Assembly: GCA_047971685.1 (NCBI GenBank)
Contig: JBKDZW010000089.1
Span: forward strand, 4,488 to 68,487
Direction: 5' to 3'
Source: Rhodoblastus sp.
GTDB lineage: Bacteria; Pseudomonadota; Alphaproteobacteria; Rhizobiales; Beijerinckiaceae
Length of the DNA: 64,000 bases
Shown: one piece after another, positions 16,878-27,201 of the stretch
How positions within the stretch are numbered: position 1 is the first letter of the stretch
Layout of the letters: each line of letters begins with the position of its first letter
Notes under the pieces: generated by a model
The model's input: only the letters and a program-made list of their open reading frames with translations
Told to the model about the DNA's origin: nothing
The model's database searches: none
Made by a program: the position numbers and the translations under genes

Positions 16878-19139
16878 ATGAACGCTCCGATTTTGAAACC
16901 GCCGATGCAGGCCGCGTGGCGCGATTTCAATCCTGGGGAATGGATGCGCCGCATTGATGTCCGCGATTTCATCTTGCGCAACGCGACGCCTTATGAGGGC
17001 GACGGCGGCTTTCTGGTCGGGCCGACTGCGCGCACGAAGGCTGTGTGGGACAAATTGCAGCCCTATTTCGCCGAGGAGCGCAAGAAGGGCGTACTCGACG
17101 CCGACGCCGACCGGCCTTCGACCATGCTCGCGCACGAACCCGGCTATATCGATCGCGACAATGAAGTGATCGTGGGATTGCAGACCGACAAGCCGTTCCG
17201 GCGCGCGATCTTTCCGTTCGGCGGCCTGCGCATGGTCGAAAACGGCCTGGAGGCTGCGGGCCTTAAACCAAACCCCGAAGTGCACGACGTCTTCACCAAA
17301 TATCGCAAGACGCATAATGACGGCGTGTTCGACGTCTATACGCCCGAGATCAAGAAATGCCGGGCCTCGGCGATCATCACGGGCCTGCCGGACGCCTATG
17401 GGCGCGGGCGCATCATCGGCGACTACCGGCGCGTGGCGCTTTATGGCGTGGACCGTCTGCTCGAGGAGAAAGAGGTCGAGCGCGCGCAGCTCGACGACAT
17501 GTGGCCCAGCGACGAAGTGATCCGCGAGCGCGAGGAGATGGCCGAACAGGTGCGCGCGTTGCACGACCTCGTCGCCATGGGCAAGCTTTACGGCGCCGAT
17601 CTTTCACGTCCCGCCCAGGACGCGCGCGAGGCTGTGCAATGGGTCTATCTGGCCTATCTCGGCGCGATCAAGGAGGCTAATGGCGCGGCCATGTCGATCG
17701 GCCGCATCTCCACCTTCCTCGACATCTACGTCGTGCGCGACATGGCCGCCGGAAAACTCGACGAGACCGGCGCGCAGGAATTGTTCGACCAGCTCATTCA
17801 GAAACTGCGGATCGTGCGCTTCCTGCGCACACCCGAATATGACGCGCTGTTCAGCGGCGACCCCTATTGGGCGACGGAATGCGTTGGCGGCATGGACATG
17901 AACGGGCGCCCGCTCGTCACCCGCTCGAGCTTCCGCATTCTGCACACGCTCACCAATCTGGGGCCTGCGCCCGAGCCCAATCTCACCGTGCTCTGGTCGA
18001 AGGAGCTGCCGCATTCCTTCAAGAAATTCTGCATCAAGGTCAGTCAGGACACATCCTCGCTGCAATATGAGAACGACGATCTCATGCGTCCGTTCTGGGG
18101 CGACGATTACGGCATCGCCTGCTGCGTCTCGGCCATGCGGCTCGGTAAGCAGATGCAGTTTTTCGGCGCGCGCGTGAATCTCGCCAAGGCCCTGCTCTAC
18201 GCCATCAATGGCGGGCGCGACGAGATGAGCGGCGATCAGATTGCCCCGGCGACCGCCCCGGTCGAAGGCGATTATCTCGATTACGCCGACGTCATGGACA
18301 AATACGATTCCACGCTCGAATGGCTGGCCAAGACCTATGTCCATGCAATGAACTGCATCCATTACATGCACGATAAATATTTCTACGAACGGCTTGAAAT
18401 GGCGCTGCACGACCGCGCCATCCTGCGCACCATGGCGTTCGGCATAGCCGGACTTTCGGTGGCCGCAGACAGTCTCGCCGCGATCAAGTTCGGCAAGGTG
18501 CGCGTGACGCGCGACGACACCGGCCTGATCGTCGATTACAAGAACGAGAGCGGCAAACCGGTCCCGCAGTTCGGAAACAACGAGGACGAAGTTGACCTGA
18601 TCGCGCGCGATCTCGTCACGCGCTTCATGCAGAAACTGCGCAAGCACCCGACCTATCGCGGCGCGACGCATACGCAAAGCGTGCTCACGATCACCTCAAA
18701 CGTCGTCTACGGCAAGGCGACGGGCAATACGCCGGACGGGCGACGCAAGGGCCAGCCCTTTGCGCCCGGCGCCAATCCCATGCACGGACGCGACAGCCAC
18801 GGCTGGCTCGCCTCGTGCCTGTCGATCGCCAAGATACCCTATGCGGATGCGCAGGACGGCGTGAGCTATACGCTCTCGGTGACGCCGCAAAAGGCCAATC
18901 TGACGGACGAGGAGATGGCCGAGACGGTCATCAAGGCCTTCGACACCTATTTCGGCAGCGGCGGGTTCCACGTCAATCTGAACGTCATCGATCGTTCCAT
19001 GCTCGAAGACGCGATGAAGAACCCCGACAAATATCCGCAACTGACAATCCGCGTGTCCGGCTACGCCGTCAATTTCGTCCGCCTGACCCGCGAGCAGCAA
19101 CTCGAGGTGATCAGCCGGACATTCCACGACCGCGTGTAA
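16878..19139 (+). CDS. pflB: Pyruvate formate-lyase (formate C-acetyltransferase)
   Basis: 753 aa from the ATG at 16878, preceded by GGGAGGA. Glycyl-radical motif RVSGYAVNF near the C-terminus. Active-site region …GIACCVSAM…. PFL-like along its whole length. Confidence 0.95.
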   Translation: MNAPILKPPMQAAWRDFNPGEWMRRIDVRDFILRNATPYEGDGGFLVGPTARTKAVWDKLQPYFAEERKKGVLDADADRPSTMLAHEPGYIDRDNEVIVGLQTDKPFRRAIFPFGGLRMVENGLEAAGLKPNPEVHDVFTKYRKTHNDGVFDVYTPEIKKCRASAIITGLPDAYGRGRIIGDYRRVALYGVDRLLEEKEVERAQLDDMWPSDEVIREREEMAEQVRALHDLVAMGKLYGADLSRPAQDAREAVQWVYLAYLGAIKEANGAAMSIGRISTFLDIYVVRDMAAGKLDETGAQELFDQLIQKLRIVRFLRTPEYDALFSGDPYWATECVGGMDMNGRPLVTRSSFRILHTLTNLGPAPEPNLTVLWSKELPHSFKKFCIKVSQDTSSLQYENDDLMRPFWGDDYGIACCVSAMRLGKQMQFFGARVNLAKALLYAINGGRDEMSGDQIAPATAPVEGDYLDYADVMDKYDSTLEWLAKTYVHAMNCIHYMHDKYFYERLEMALHDRAILRTMAFGIAGLSVAADSLAAIKFGKVRVTRDDTGLIVDYKNESGKPVPQFGNNEDEVDLIARDLVTRFMQKLRKHPTYRGATHTQSVLTITSNVVYGKATGNTPDGRRKGQPFAPGANPMHGRDSHGWLASCLSIAKIPYADAQDGVSYTLSVTPQKANLTDEEMAETVIKAFDTYFGSGGFHVNLNVIDRSMLEDAMKNPDKYPQLTIRVSGYAVNFVRLTREQQLEVISRTFHDRV

Positions 19140-19151
19140 ACGGGGGTCGCA

Positions 19152-19979
19152 ATGGGCGACGGTTCCTTTGTGATCGCCAGCCGGCACGATCTGCGGCTTG
19201 CCGCCAGGTCGGCCGGCGAGCCTGAGCGCTCGACCGAAGATCTGGCGGAGGGCTCCTATGGCTATGTCCATTCCTACGAAGCCTCGTCCCTGTTCGACGG
19301 GCCGGGGGTGCGCGCCGTCATGTTCGTGACGGGATGTCCGCTGCGCTGCGCCTATTGCCACAATCCCGACACCTGGCATCTCAAGGACGGCTCGCGCGTG
19401 CCGGTCGAAGTCGTCCTCGACCGGCTGGGCGGGCTTGCGCCGGCCTTGCGCGCGATGGACGGCGGCCTGACGATTTCCGGCGGCGAGCCGCTGGCCCAGC
19501 CCGCCTTCACGCGCTGCGTCCTGCAAGGCGCCAAAAAACTCGGCCTGCATACGGCGATCGAAACGTCCGGCTTTCTCGGCGAACATGCGGATCAGGCCTA
19601 TCTGGACGCGCTCGATCTCGTCCTGCTCGACATCAAATCCTTCGATCCCGACATCTATCGCCATACGACCGGGCGGGAGGTCGCCCCGACGCTGCGCTTT
19701 GCCGAACGGCTCGCCGAAATCGGCAAGCCGGTCTGGGTCCGGTTCACGCTGGTGGCGGGCCTCACCGACGACCCGGCCAATGTCGATGCGCTCGCGCGTT
19801 TCGTTGCGCCGCTCAAGAACGTGCAACGGGTCGAAATCCAGCCCTTCCATCAGCTCGGCGCGTTCAAATGGAAGTCTATGGGAATTGATTATTCGCTTGT
19901 CAAAACGGAGCCGCCCACGCCCGAACTCGTGCAGCGCGTGCGCGATCAGTTTGCAAGCGCGGGCTGCAAGGTGCGTTAG
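19152..19979 (+). CDS. pflA: Pyruvate formate-lyase activating enzyme (radical SAM)
   Basis: CxxxCxxC cluster motif GCPLRCAYCHNPDTW. Located 12 nt downstream of pflB. Confidence 0.93.
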   Translation: MGDGSFVIASRHDLRLAARSAGEPERSTEDLAEGSYGYVHSYEASSLFDGPGVRAVMFVTGCPLRCAYCHNPDTWHLKDGSRVPVEVVLDRLGGLAPALRAMDGGLTISGGEPLAQPAFTRCVLQGAKKLGLHTAIETSGFLGEHADQAYLDALDLVLLDIKSFDPDIYRHTTGREVAPTLRFAERLAEIGKPVWVRFTLVAGLTDDPANVDALARFVAPLKNVQRVEIQPFHQLGAFKWKSMGIDYSLVKTEPPTPELVQRVRDQFASAGCKVR

Positions 19980-20004
19980 GCGCCAATAAAGGGGAAGAAG
20001 CGTC

Positions 20005-21603
20005 ATGATCGGTATGGCAAGCAATATACTGGGGTCTCAGCCGATCCTGTCGCTATTCCTGGCGATCGGCCTTGGCTATCTGGTCGGCCAGATCAAGTTC
20101 GGCACTTTTTCGCTCGGCGTCGGCGCCGTCCTGTTCGTGGGGTTGGCCATCGGCGCCTTCGCGCCCAAGGCGCAGATCGTCGGGCCGATCGGGCTCGTCG
20201 GCCTCATCATGTTTCTTTACGGCATCGGCATTCTGTACGGCCGCGAATTTTTCGAGGGCATGTCGGGCTCGGCCGGCCGCAAATACAATATTCTCGCCTT
20301 CATCGCCTGCGTGGCGGGTCTGTTTGTCGCGCTGGGCCTGGGCAAGATGTTCGGCGTCGAAATCGGTCAGACGCTCGGCATGTACGCGGGCTCCATGACC
20401 AGCACAGCCACCTTGCAGGCCGCTCTCGACACCATGCACAGCAAGGAACCGTCGGTCGGTTATTCGATCGCCTATCCGTTCGGCGTTATCGGCCCCATCC
20501 TGTGCATCTATTTCATGTCGCGCCGGGTGAAGCCGACGTTCCCGCCCAAGGAGCAGCCGTTCCACATCGCCGAAGTGACGCTGCGCGACGATTTTGCATC
20601 CTGCACGCTGGAAGATCTGACGCGAACCCTGCCTGACGGGGTCGGGATCAAGCTGGTGCGGCGCGACCGGCACACTCATGCGCCGACGCCGGGAATGCCG
20701 ATCGGAGCCGGCGATTGCGTGGTCATCGTGACGGAGGACGCCCACACGCTCGACGAGGCGACGCGCAGGCTCGGTCATCTGGAGACCGGGCGCATCGCCA
20801 AGGACAGATCCGATCTCGATTATGTTCGCGTATTCGTCGGCAAAGCCGATCTGGTCGGCGTGCCCCTGTCGGAACTGCCCATGCCGGCGGGCTTTCCCAC
20901 CCACCTCCTGCATGTGCGCCGCCACGATGCGGACCTCGTGCCGAAAGACGATCTGCGGCTGGAGTTCGGCGACCAATTGGGCGTCCTCTATCCGGCCGGC
21001 CATATGGAGGATGTGCGCAAGCATTTCGGCGACACGGTCAAATCGTCGGCCGAGTTCAGCTATGTCTCGCTTGGCGTGGGCATGGCGCTCGGGCTGATCC
21101 TCGGCATCATCCCGATCCCGATTCCAGGCGTTGGAACCGTCACGCTCGGCGCCGGCGGCGGCCCGCTGATCGTCGCGCTTATCCTCGGCAAGCTGCGCCA
21201 GAGCGGCTCCATGGTCTGGACCATGCCGCTGCCCGCCAATATCGTGCTGCGCAATTACGGCCTGTCCATTTTTCTGGCCGCTGTCGGCATCAACGCCGGT
21301 CAGCCGTTCCTGAAAACGGTGACGGAAAGCGGCCCGACCGTTCTTCTGATCGGCGTGGCCGTGCTTCTGACGACGGTCGGGATCGTCCTTCTGATCGGGC
21401 ATTACATCATGAAAATCCCCTTCGACGATCTCGTCGGCATCACGTCGGGGGCGACCGGAAATCCTGCGATCCTCGCCTATTCCAACCGCATGGCGCCGAC
21501 CGACCGGCCCGACATCTGCTACGCGATGATCTTTCCGTCCATGACGATCGTGAAAGTCATCGCCATCCAGATCGTCGGCCTGATCGCGACAGGAACCTTA
21601 TGA
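20005..21603 (+). CDS. YidE/YbjL/AspT-family duplicated-domain transporter with central TrkA-C-like domains
   Basis: 532 aa. Hydrophobic N- and C-terminal halves (…ILSLFLAIGLGYLVGQIKFG… and …SYVSLGVGMALGLILG…) flank a soluble region. Located 25 nt after pflA. Confidence 0.82.
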   Translation: MIGMASNILGSQPILSLFLAIGLGYLVGQIKFGTFSLGVGAVLFVGLAIGAFAPKAQIVGPIGLVGLIMFLYGIGILYGREFFEGMSGSAGRKYNILAFIACVAGLFVALGLGKMFGVEIGQTLGMYAGSMTSTATLQAALDTMHSKEPSVGYSIAYPFGVIGPILCIYFMSRRVKPTFPPKEQPFHIAEVTLRDDFASCTLEDLTRTLPDGVGIKLVRRDRHTHAPTPGMPIGAGDCVVIVTEDAHTLDEATRRLGHLETGRIAKDRSDLDYVRVFVGKADLVGVPLSELPMPAGFPTHLLHVRRHDADLVPKDDLRLEFGDQLGVLYPAGHMEDVRKHFGDTVKSSAEFSYVSLGVGMALGLILGIIPIPIPGVGTVTLGAGGGPLIVALILGKLRQSGSMVWTMPLPANIVLRNYGLSIFLAAVGINAGQPFLKTVTESGPTVLLIGVAVLLTTVGIVLLIGHYIMKIPFDDLVGITSGATGNPAILAYSNRMAPTDRPDICYAMIFPSMTIVKVIAIQIVGLIATGTL

Positions 21604-21684
21604 AGGAGAGAGCCGGATATCTCTCGCATCGATGGAGGATTTAACGATGGGCGACCATAAAAACCTCCCGAGATTTCTCTCGAT

Positions 21685-21721
21685 CCCGCCGGCAGGCCGG
21701 GTGCGGGCGGCCGCTTTTTTT
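21685..21721 (+). terminator. Candidate rho-independent terminator after the transporter gene
   Basis: A short GC stem (CCGCC…GGCGG) is followed by a T7 run (ccgcttttttt), which is rare in this GC-rich DNA. Confidence 0.45.
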
Positions 21722-21764
21722 GAGACTCTTGTCTCGAAACATTTAAATTGATACAAGGGTCTCA
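21721..21764. promoter_or_regulatory. 12-bp inverted repeat (11/12) upstream of the TetR gene; candidate operator
   Basis: TGAGACTCTTGT (21721-21732) pairs with ACAAGGGTCTCA (21753-21764). The nested palindrome is GAGAC-tctt-GTCTC. The repeat ends 23 nt upstream of the TetR ATG. Confidence 0.5.
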
Positions 21765-21786
21765 AATTATCCGGAAGCGCCGCCCG

Positions 21787-22407
21787 ATGGATATGGAGAC
21801 TCTCGAAACTGTTGACGGACGGACGCGCAGGCGGGTCGAAAACGGCGCGCGCATTTTCGACGCCGCCGTGGAATTGCTGGCCGAGCGCAGCTACGACGAA
21901 ATCTCGATCGAGGACATCTGCGCCGTCGCCAATGTCGGGCGCGCCACCTTCTTCCGCATCTTCCAGTCCAAGGCCGACCTGCTTTTGGAGTTCAACAGGC
22001 GGCTGGCCGAGCGCGTTCAGCGGCGGCTAGATGCGCGCAAACCGCGCACCGCCGCACGGGCGCTGCGCATCATGGGCGAAGAGATCGCCGACGCCTGGCT
22101 CGCCACCTCGCCCGGCGCCTCGGCCATCGCCATGGACTTCACGCAGGTGGCCGCCGGGCGCGGTCTGCACGCCGCCCATCCCGAGCTTCTGCATGTTGCG
22201 GTAGGGATCGTCGAGCGCGGCCTTGCGCGCGGCGAATTGCGATCGGCGCTGCCGGCCGGTCTGATCGGATCGCTGGCGCTCGTTCAGATCACGGCGCCGG
22301 TTTCCTACTGGTTCAGGCATCCCGGGCGCGATCTGCGTCAGCTCATCGAAGAAGCGGTCGATCACTGGCTGCATGGCGCTGCGGCGAAAAGAGGAAAGAA
22401 AAAATGA
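21787..22407 (+). CDS. TetR/AcrR family transcriptional regulator
   Basis: HTH region …ERSYDEISIEDICAVANVGRATFFRIFQSK…. The stop overlaps the next gene's ATG by 4 nt. Confidence 0.85.
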   Translation: MDMETLETVDGRTRRRVENGARIFDAAVELLAERSYDEISIEDICAVANVGRATFFRIFQSKADLLLEFNRRLAERVQRRLDARKPRTAARALRIMGEEIADAWLATSPGASAIAMDFTQVAAGRGLHAAHPELLHVAVGIVERGLARGELRSALPAGLIGSLALVQITAPVSYWFRHPGRDLRQLIEEAVDHWLHGAAAKRGKKK

Positions 22408-24140
22408 CAGACAAAAAAACAGGTGGCGCGCTCATCGCCCAGACGCTCGCCCGGCTCGGCGTGCGCGACGTGTTCGCGCTTCACGGCGGACATCTCGACG
22501 CCTTTCTCGTCGCCTGCCCGGACGAGGGAATCCGCCTGACCGATTTCCGTCACGAAGCGTCCGCCGGCCATGCGGCCGACGCCTATGCGCGCTCGGGCGA
22601 GGGGGCGCTTGGCGTATGCGTGGTGACGGCGGGGCCGGGGTTCACCAACGCCCTGACGCCGATGACCAGCGCCTATGTCGACGCGGTTCCCGTCCTGTTC
22701 ATCGTCGGCTCGCCGCCGTTGCGCGAGGTGGAGACCAATCCGCTGCAAGGCGGCATAGATCAGGTGGCGATGGCTGCGCCCGTGACCAAATGGGCGCATC
22801 GCGTGACCAATATCGAACGCCTGCCCGATCTGATCGAAAAAGCGATCCGCATCGCGACGACCGGCAGGCCCGGCCCGGTCCTCATCGACGTGCCGATCGA
22901 CGTGATGTTCATGCCCTCGCGCGGGATCATGTTCCCGGTGGACAAAAAGCCCGTGGCGCCGGACCGGCCAGCGCCGTCGCGCGGCGCCGTCGAACGGGCG
23001 CTCGACATGCTGGCGAACGCAAAGCGGCCTGTCGTCATCGCCGGCGGCGGGACGGTTTTCTCGCGCTGTTCGGATTCCCTGCGGCGCTTTTCCGAAACGG
23101 CCGGCATCCCGGTCTGCGCCAGCAATATGGCGCGCGGCATCCTGCCCGAAAACCATCCGCATTATGTCGGCGGCGTCGCTTCCGTTCGCGGCGCGGTCCA
23201 GAAAGGCGCGCCGCCCGATGTCGTGGTCATGGCGGGCGCGCGCGCCGGCCTTTATCTCGGCGGGCGGTCGGGGCTCGCCATTCCCAATGACGCCAAGATC
23301 ATCCAGATCGACGTGAACGGCGGCGAGATCGGGCGCATGAGGCCGGTCGATCAGGCGATCGTCGCCGATTGCGACGAAACCTTTCTCGCTTTCGCGGCGG
23401 CGGCGACGGGCCGCAAATGGCCGGAGCGCAAAGACTGGATCAAAACATTGCAGGCCGGGCGGCTTCCATTCGACCCGCTGTTCAAGGACGCGCCGAAGGA
23501 GACGCGGCCGGGCGTCCTGCATCCCTATCACGCCGTGAAAACGGCGATGGATGCGCTCGAAAAAGACACGATCGTCGTCATCGACGGCGGCGAGGCCGGG
23601 GGCTGGGCCACTTCCGTCGTGCGCTCGGCCGGCCCCGGCCTGTGCATGCAGAACGGCTATCTCGGCTGCCTCGGCATCGCGCAGGGCTTTGCGATCGGCG
23701 CGGCAATCGCCAATCCCGGCAAGCCGGTGGCGATCTTTGCGGGCGATGGCGCAGTCGGCTTCAACATTCAGGAATTCGACACGATGGTCCGGCACAATCT
23801 GCCGATCGTCACCATTGTCATGAACAATTCCTGCTGGGCGATCTCCCGGCGCGGCCAGGACATCGTGTTCGGCGAGAACCGGCGCAGCATCGTCTCGCTT
23901 GCAAACACGCGCTACGATCAGGTGGCGGTCGCCTTCGGCGGCGCGGGCGAAATGGTCGATTCCCACGAGCGTATCGCGAGCGCCATCCGCGAGGCGCAGG
24001 CAACCCGCCGCCCGGTCTGCGTCAATCTCATCGTCGATCCGGAAGTGGTCAATCCCGCCATCCCGCCGATGGTCGGCGACCCGAGCACGCCCAACCAGAT
24101 CATGATCCCCTATTACGAAAACATCCCGACGGATGCGTGA
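22404..24140 (+). CDS. Thiamine-diphosphate-dependent enzyme (acetolactate synthase / oxalyl-CoA decarboxylase-like)
   Basis: N-terminal Pyr domain (…GALIAQTLARLGVRDVFALHGG…TAGPGFTN…). C-terminal ThDP motif GDGAVGFNIQEFDTMVRHNLPIVTIVMNN. Confidence 0.88.
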   Translation: MTDKKTGGALIAQTLARLGVRDVFALHGGHLDAFLVACPDEGIRLTDFRHEASAGHAADAYARSGEGALGVCVVTAGPGFTNALTPMTSAYVDAVPVLFIVGSPPLREVETNPLQGGIDQVAMAAPVTKWAHRVTNIERLPDLIEKAIRIATTGRPGPVLIDVPIDVMFMPSRGIMFPVDKKPVAPDRPAPSRGAVERALDMLANAKRPVVIAGGGTVFSRCSDSLRRFSETAGIPVCASNMARGILPENHPHYVGGVASVRGAVQKGAPPDVVVMAGARAGLYLGGRSGLAIPNDAKIIQIDVNGGEIGRMRPVDQAIVADCDETFLAFAAAATGRKWPERKDWIKTLQAGRLPFDPLFKDAPKETRPGVLHPYHAVKTAMDALEKDTIVVIDGGEAGGWATSVVRSAGPGLCMQNGYLGCLGIAQGFAIGAAIANPGKPVAIFAGDGAVGFNIQEFDTMVRHNLPIVTIVMNNSCWAISRRGQDIVFGENRRSIVSLANTRYDQVAVAFGGAGEMVDSHERIASAIREAQATRRPVCVNLIVDPEVVNPAIPPMVGDPSTPNQIMIPYYENIPTDA

Positions 24141-24189
24141 ACCAAACAGGCGTGAGCCGAGAGAGCGTAAGCCTAAGGAGGCGTGAACG

Positions 24190-25248
24190 ATGAGAGCAGC
24201 CGCCCTCAGAGACGGACGCATAGAAATCCTCGACCTGCCGGATCCGGTTCCCGGCGCCGGCAAGGCGCTGCTGGCGCCGCTGTTTGCCGGCATATGCGGC
24301 AGCGACCTTCACCTGCAATCGGGACTGAAGGCCGCCGCCGAACCCTTGAGCGCGCCCGAGCGCGCCAATCTGCCGATCTTCGTTCCCGGCCATGAATTCA
24401 GCGCGCGCGTCATCGCGTTCGGGCCCGATACGGATACGGCCCTGAAACCCGGCCAGAGGGTTGTCCCGCTGCCGTTCACGCCCAATGGGCACGGGTTCCA
24501 GATCGTCGGCCTGTCGCCGGATCATTCCGGCGGCATCGCCACGCTGAGCGTGGTGGACGCATCGCGCTGCATCCTTGTTCCCGATGCGATCGGCGACGAT
24601 CTCGCCGCCCTGACCGAGCCGCTCTCGGTCGGTCTCCATGCGGCAAATCTCGCCTGCAAGCGCGCCGGCCCGAACGTCATCGTCGGCTGCGGTCCGGTCG
24701 GCCTGGCCGTTCTGCTCGCCCTGAAATCGCAGGGGCGCGGGCCTGTTCTGGCGGCCGACTTCTCAGCCGAACGGCGCGCGGCGGCAGAAAGGCTGGGCGC
24801 CGATATCGTCATCGACCCGGCCAGGGATTCGCCCTTCAGCCATTGGGACGATCTTGCTTTCGCCGAAAGCCAGATCTCTGCGCTGCTGACGCCCGACCAG
24901 ATCGGAACCGCGCTCGGTCCCAATATTTTCGACTGCGTTGGCGCGCCGGGCATATTGAACAATATTTTCAAGAACGCGCCGCGCCATACGCATCTGATCG
25001 TGGTGGGGGCCTGCCCGCACGAGGACAAGCACGTTCCGCAGGATGGAATCGTGCGCGAAATTTCCGTCGATTACAGTTTCGCCTATACGCCGGAGGAATT
25101 TTCCCGGGCGCTGCGCATGATCGGCGATCACGGCGAAACCGTATCGCAACTCGTCACCAGCCGCCTGCCGCTCGAACGAACGGCGGAAGCCTTCGACCGG
25201 CTGGCCGCCAGACCGAGCGAAATCAAGGTTCTGATCCAGCCACAATGA
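24190..25248 (+). CDS. Zinc-dependent medium-chain alcohol dehydrogenase family protein
   Basis: GICGSDLHL zinc-ligand motif, GHEFS, and Rossmann motif VIVGCGPVGL. Confidence 0.88.
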   Translation: MRAAALRDGRIEILDLPDPVPGAGKALLAPLFAGICGSDLHLQSGLKAAAEPLSAPERANLPIFVPGHEFSARVIAFGPDTDTALKPGQRVVPLPFTPNGHGFQIVGLSPDHSGGIATLSVVDASRCILVPDAIGDDLAALTEPLSVGLHAANLACKRAGPNVIVGCGPVGLAVLLALKSQGRGPVLAADFSAERRAAAERLGADIVIDPARDSPFSHWDDLAFAESQISALLTPDQIGTALGPNIFDCVGAPGILNNIFKNAPRHTHLIVVGACPHEDKHVPQDGIVREISVDYSFAYTPEEFSRALRMIGDHGETVSQLVTSRLPLERTAEAFDRLAARPSEIKVLIQPQ

Positions 25249-25327
25249 AAGGCGGCGAAGGAGCCGCGATACAGCGCGCCACGCAAAGACCGCACGACGA
25301 TCGGCCACAAACAATCATATGCAGCCG

Positions 25328-26578
25328 TCATCGGGCGACCGGGGCGGGACCGGCGGGATTGAGCGGCGGCAGCGCCGGCGGCGGGGCGTGCGCATGACCG
25401 CAACGGCGAAGCGCATCGAGATCCCCCAGCAGCCGGCGGGAATCGCTCGCAGTCCAGGCCGCCGGACCGGCGGCGAACAGAGCGGATCGCAGCGCCGTCG
25501 CCTTGCGGTTCGCCGCCTGGCGTTTTTGCGGCGGCAGATGGTTTACCCAATCGGTAAAGCTGCGATAGACCGCGCCGACCTCGGCGCCGGCGCAGGCGCG
25601 GCGCAGCACGGCGAACGCCTTGCTTTCGGGATCGGCGCGGCGCGCCTGACGCCGCCGTAACATCGGCCTTGCCAGCAAAACAAGCCCGATCAGCCCCGCA
25701 AGACCAAGCCCCGTCCAGGCAAATCCCGTCCAGAGCCGGGCGCCGCCGTCGGCGATGGGCGCCGGGCCGGCCTCGACCTCGACCGTTGCCGCCGGTCCTG
25801 TTGCGTGCTTCAGCGCGCCGCTTCCAATATCCCACCAGGCCTGCGTCGCCGCCGGAAGCTCGAAACGACCGCTGCGCTCGAATACATAAGTGACGCGATC
25901 GACGCGCCGGCCTGTGATCGCGCCGCGATCCATGCGGTCCTGCACGTCCGGCGCAGCGACATAGACGCGCACGCCGGCGGGCGCGCCCTGCGGCGGGCCG
26001 CCCAGCACGAAGCCGGGCACGTCTTCGGCCGTCTGCACGATGGTGCGCACGATGGCGTCGCCCGCCTTGAAGACGCCATCGGGCGCCGGAGACCATTGCT
26101 CGTCGAGGTTAAAGCTTCTGGTCGCGACCAAAGGCGCTGACGGGTCGACGCCGGGTGGCGCGATCACCTCCAGATTAACGGGATCGCCTTTCGCTTTTCC
26201 CGTGACGTCGCCCTTGCGGTCCAGCAATACGACGACCGGCGAGGGGATGACAAAATCGCCGCCACGCCGCGCATAGAGCGCGAATTCAAAGCGCTGGCCG
26301 ACATAAGCCACGCCGGCGATTTCATCGCTCAGAGTGGCGCCTTGCGTCTCGAAGCGGAATGTCTGAATGCCGGGCGTCCCGGGCCGCGCCACGCGCGGCG
26401 GCCTTGGCATTTCGCCGCGGAACATCACGTCGACATAATATGCGACATGCTGGCCGATCATGGCGCCTTTCGCCGGCGCGACAGCGGTGCGCACCACTAC
26501 GGGCGGCGAAGTCTCCTGCGCGGCGGCGGGGGCGGCGACATACAATACAGCGAGCAGAATGCGCGCGAGCCTCCTCAC
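25328..26578 (-). CDS. batD: BatD-like (oxygen-tolerance domain) protein
   Basis: Signal peptide, long beta-rich extracytoplasmic part, one C-terminal TM segment, and terminal position in the Bat operon. The 4-nt overlap with the upstream TPR gene supports co-translation. Confidence 0.72.
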   Translation of the reverse strand: MRRLARILLAVLYVAAPAAAQETSPPVVVRTAVAPAKGAMIGQHVAYYVDVMFRGEMPRPPRVARPGTPGIQTFRFETQGATLSDEIAGVAYVGQRFEFALYARRGGDFVIPSPVVVLLDRKGDVTGKAKGDPVNLEVIAPPGVDPSAPLVATRSFNLDEQWSPAPDGVFKAGDAIVRTIVQTAEDVPGFVLGGPPQGAPAGVRVYVAAPDVQDRMDRGAITGRRVDRVTYVFERSGRFELPAATQAWWDIGSGALKHATGPAATVEVEAGPAPIADGGARLWTGFAWTGLGLAGLIGLVLLARPMLRRRQARRADPESKAFAVLRRACAGAEVGAVYRSFTDWVNHLPPQKRQAANRKATALRSALFAAGPAAWTASDSRRLLGDLDALRRCGHAHAPPPALPPLNPAGPAPVAR

Positions 26579-27201
26579 CGCCGCCGCTCCTGCTGCGCCT
26601 GAAGCTGGTAGCTAAAACGGGCCCGCAGGAAATCCGCCGGCCGTGTCTGCACCCGCTTCAGCCAGAGCGCGCGCACCGCCTCATCGCTCATCGGCGCTCC
26701 CTCGGTCGCTGTGTCCTGGCCCTTGGAGTTTCTGGCGTCCTTGTCATAGACGATTTCGTCGGCGCCCAGGCGCTGATCGCCGGCATCGCCCCCCGGCGCC
26801 TTCATCCGTTCGGCCCGCAATTGCGCAATCCTCCGGTTCGCCGCAGCGTCGGCGTAATCGGGCCTGAGCGCCAGCGCGCGGTCGTACCGTGCGGTCGCAT
26901 CGCTATATTTGCCGAGCATCGTCAGGGCATTGCCATGGTCGTAGGCGCCTTCCGCCGTGTCTATGCCGGCGAGCGCCGTGGCCGCGTCCTTGAAATTGCC
27001 GGCGCGCATCAGCGCCACGCCGCGCCACATCGGATCGAGAAAGGCGTCCGCCGCCGCCTGGTAGCGGCCCTGCTCGAACAGACGGCGCCCATGCTGATCG
27101 GGACTGGCCCACAGCGCGCTCCAGCCGACCAGCCGCCATGCAACGCCAAGCGCAAGACAAAGCGCAACGACAAGCCCGGCCATGGCTTTGCCCGTGCTCA
27201 T
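26575..27201 (-). CDS. TPR-repeat protein (BatC-like)
   Basis: The start at ATG 27201 overlaps the BatB stop (ATGA). One TM segment, then TPR units (…YDHGNALTMLGKYSDATARYDRALALRPDYADAAANR…). Confidence 0.75.
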   Translation of the reverse strand: MSTGKAMAGLVVALCLALGVAWRLVGWSALWASPDQHGRRLFEQGRYQAAADAFLDPMWRGVALMRAGNFKDAATALAGIDTAEGAYDHGNALTMLGKYSDATARYDRALALRPDYADAAANRRIAQLRAERMKAPGGDAGDQRLGADEIVYDKDARNSKGQDTATEGAPMSDEAVRALWLKRVQTRPADFLRARFSYQLQAQQERRR

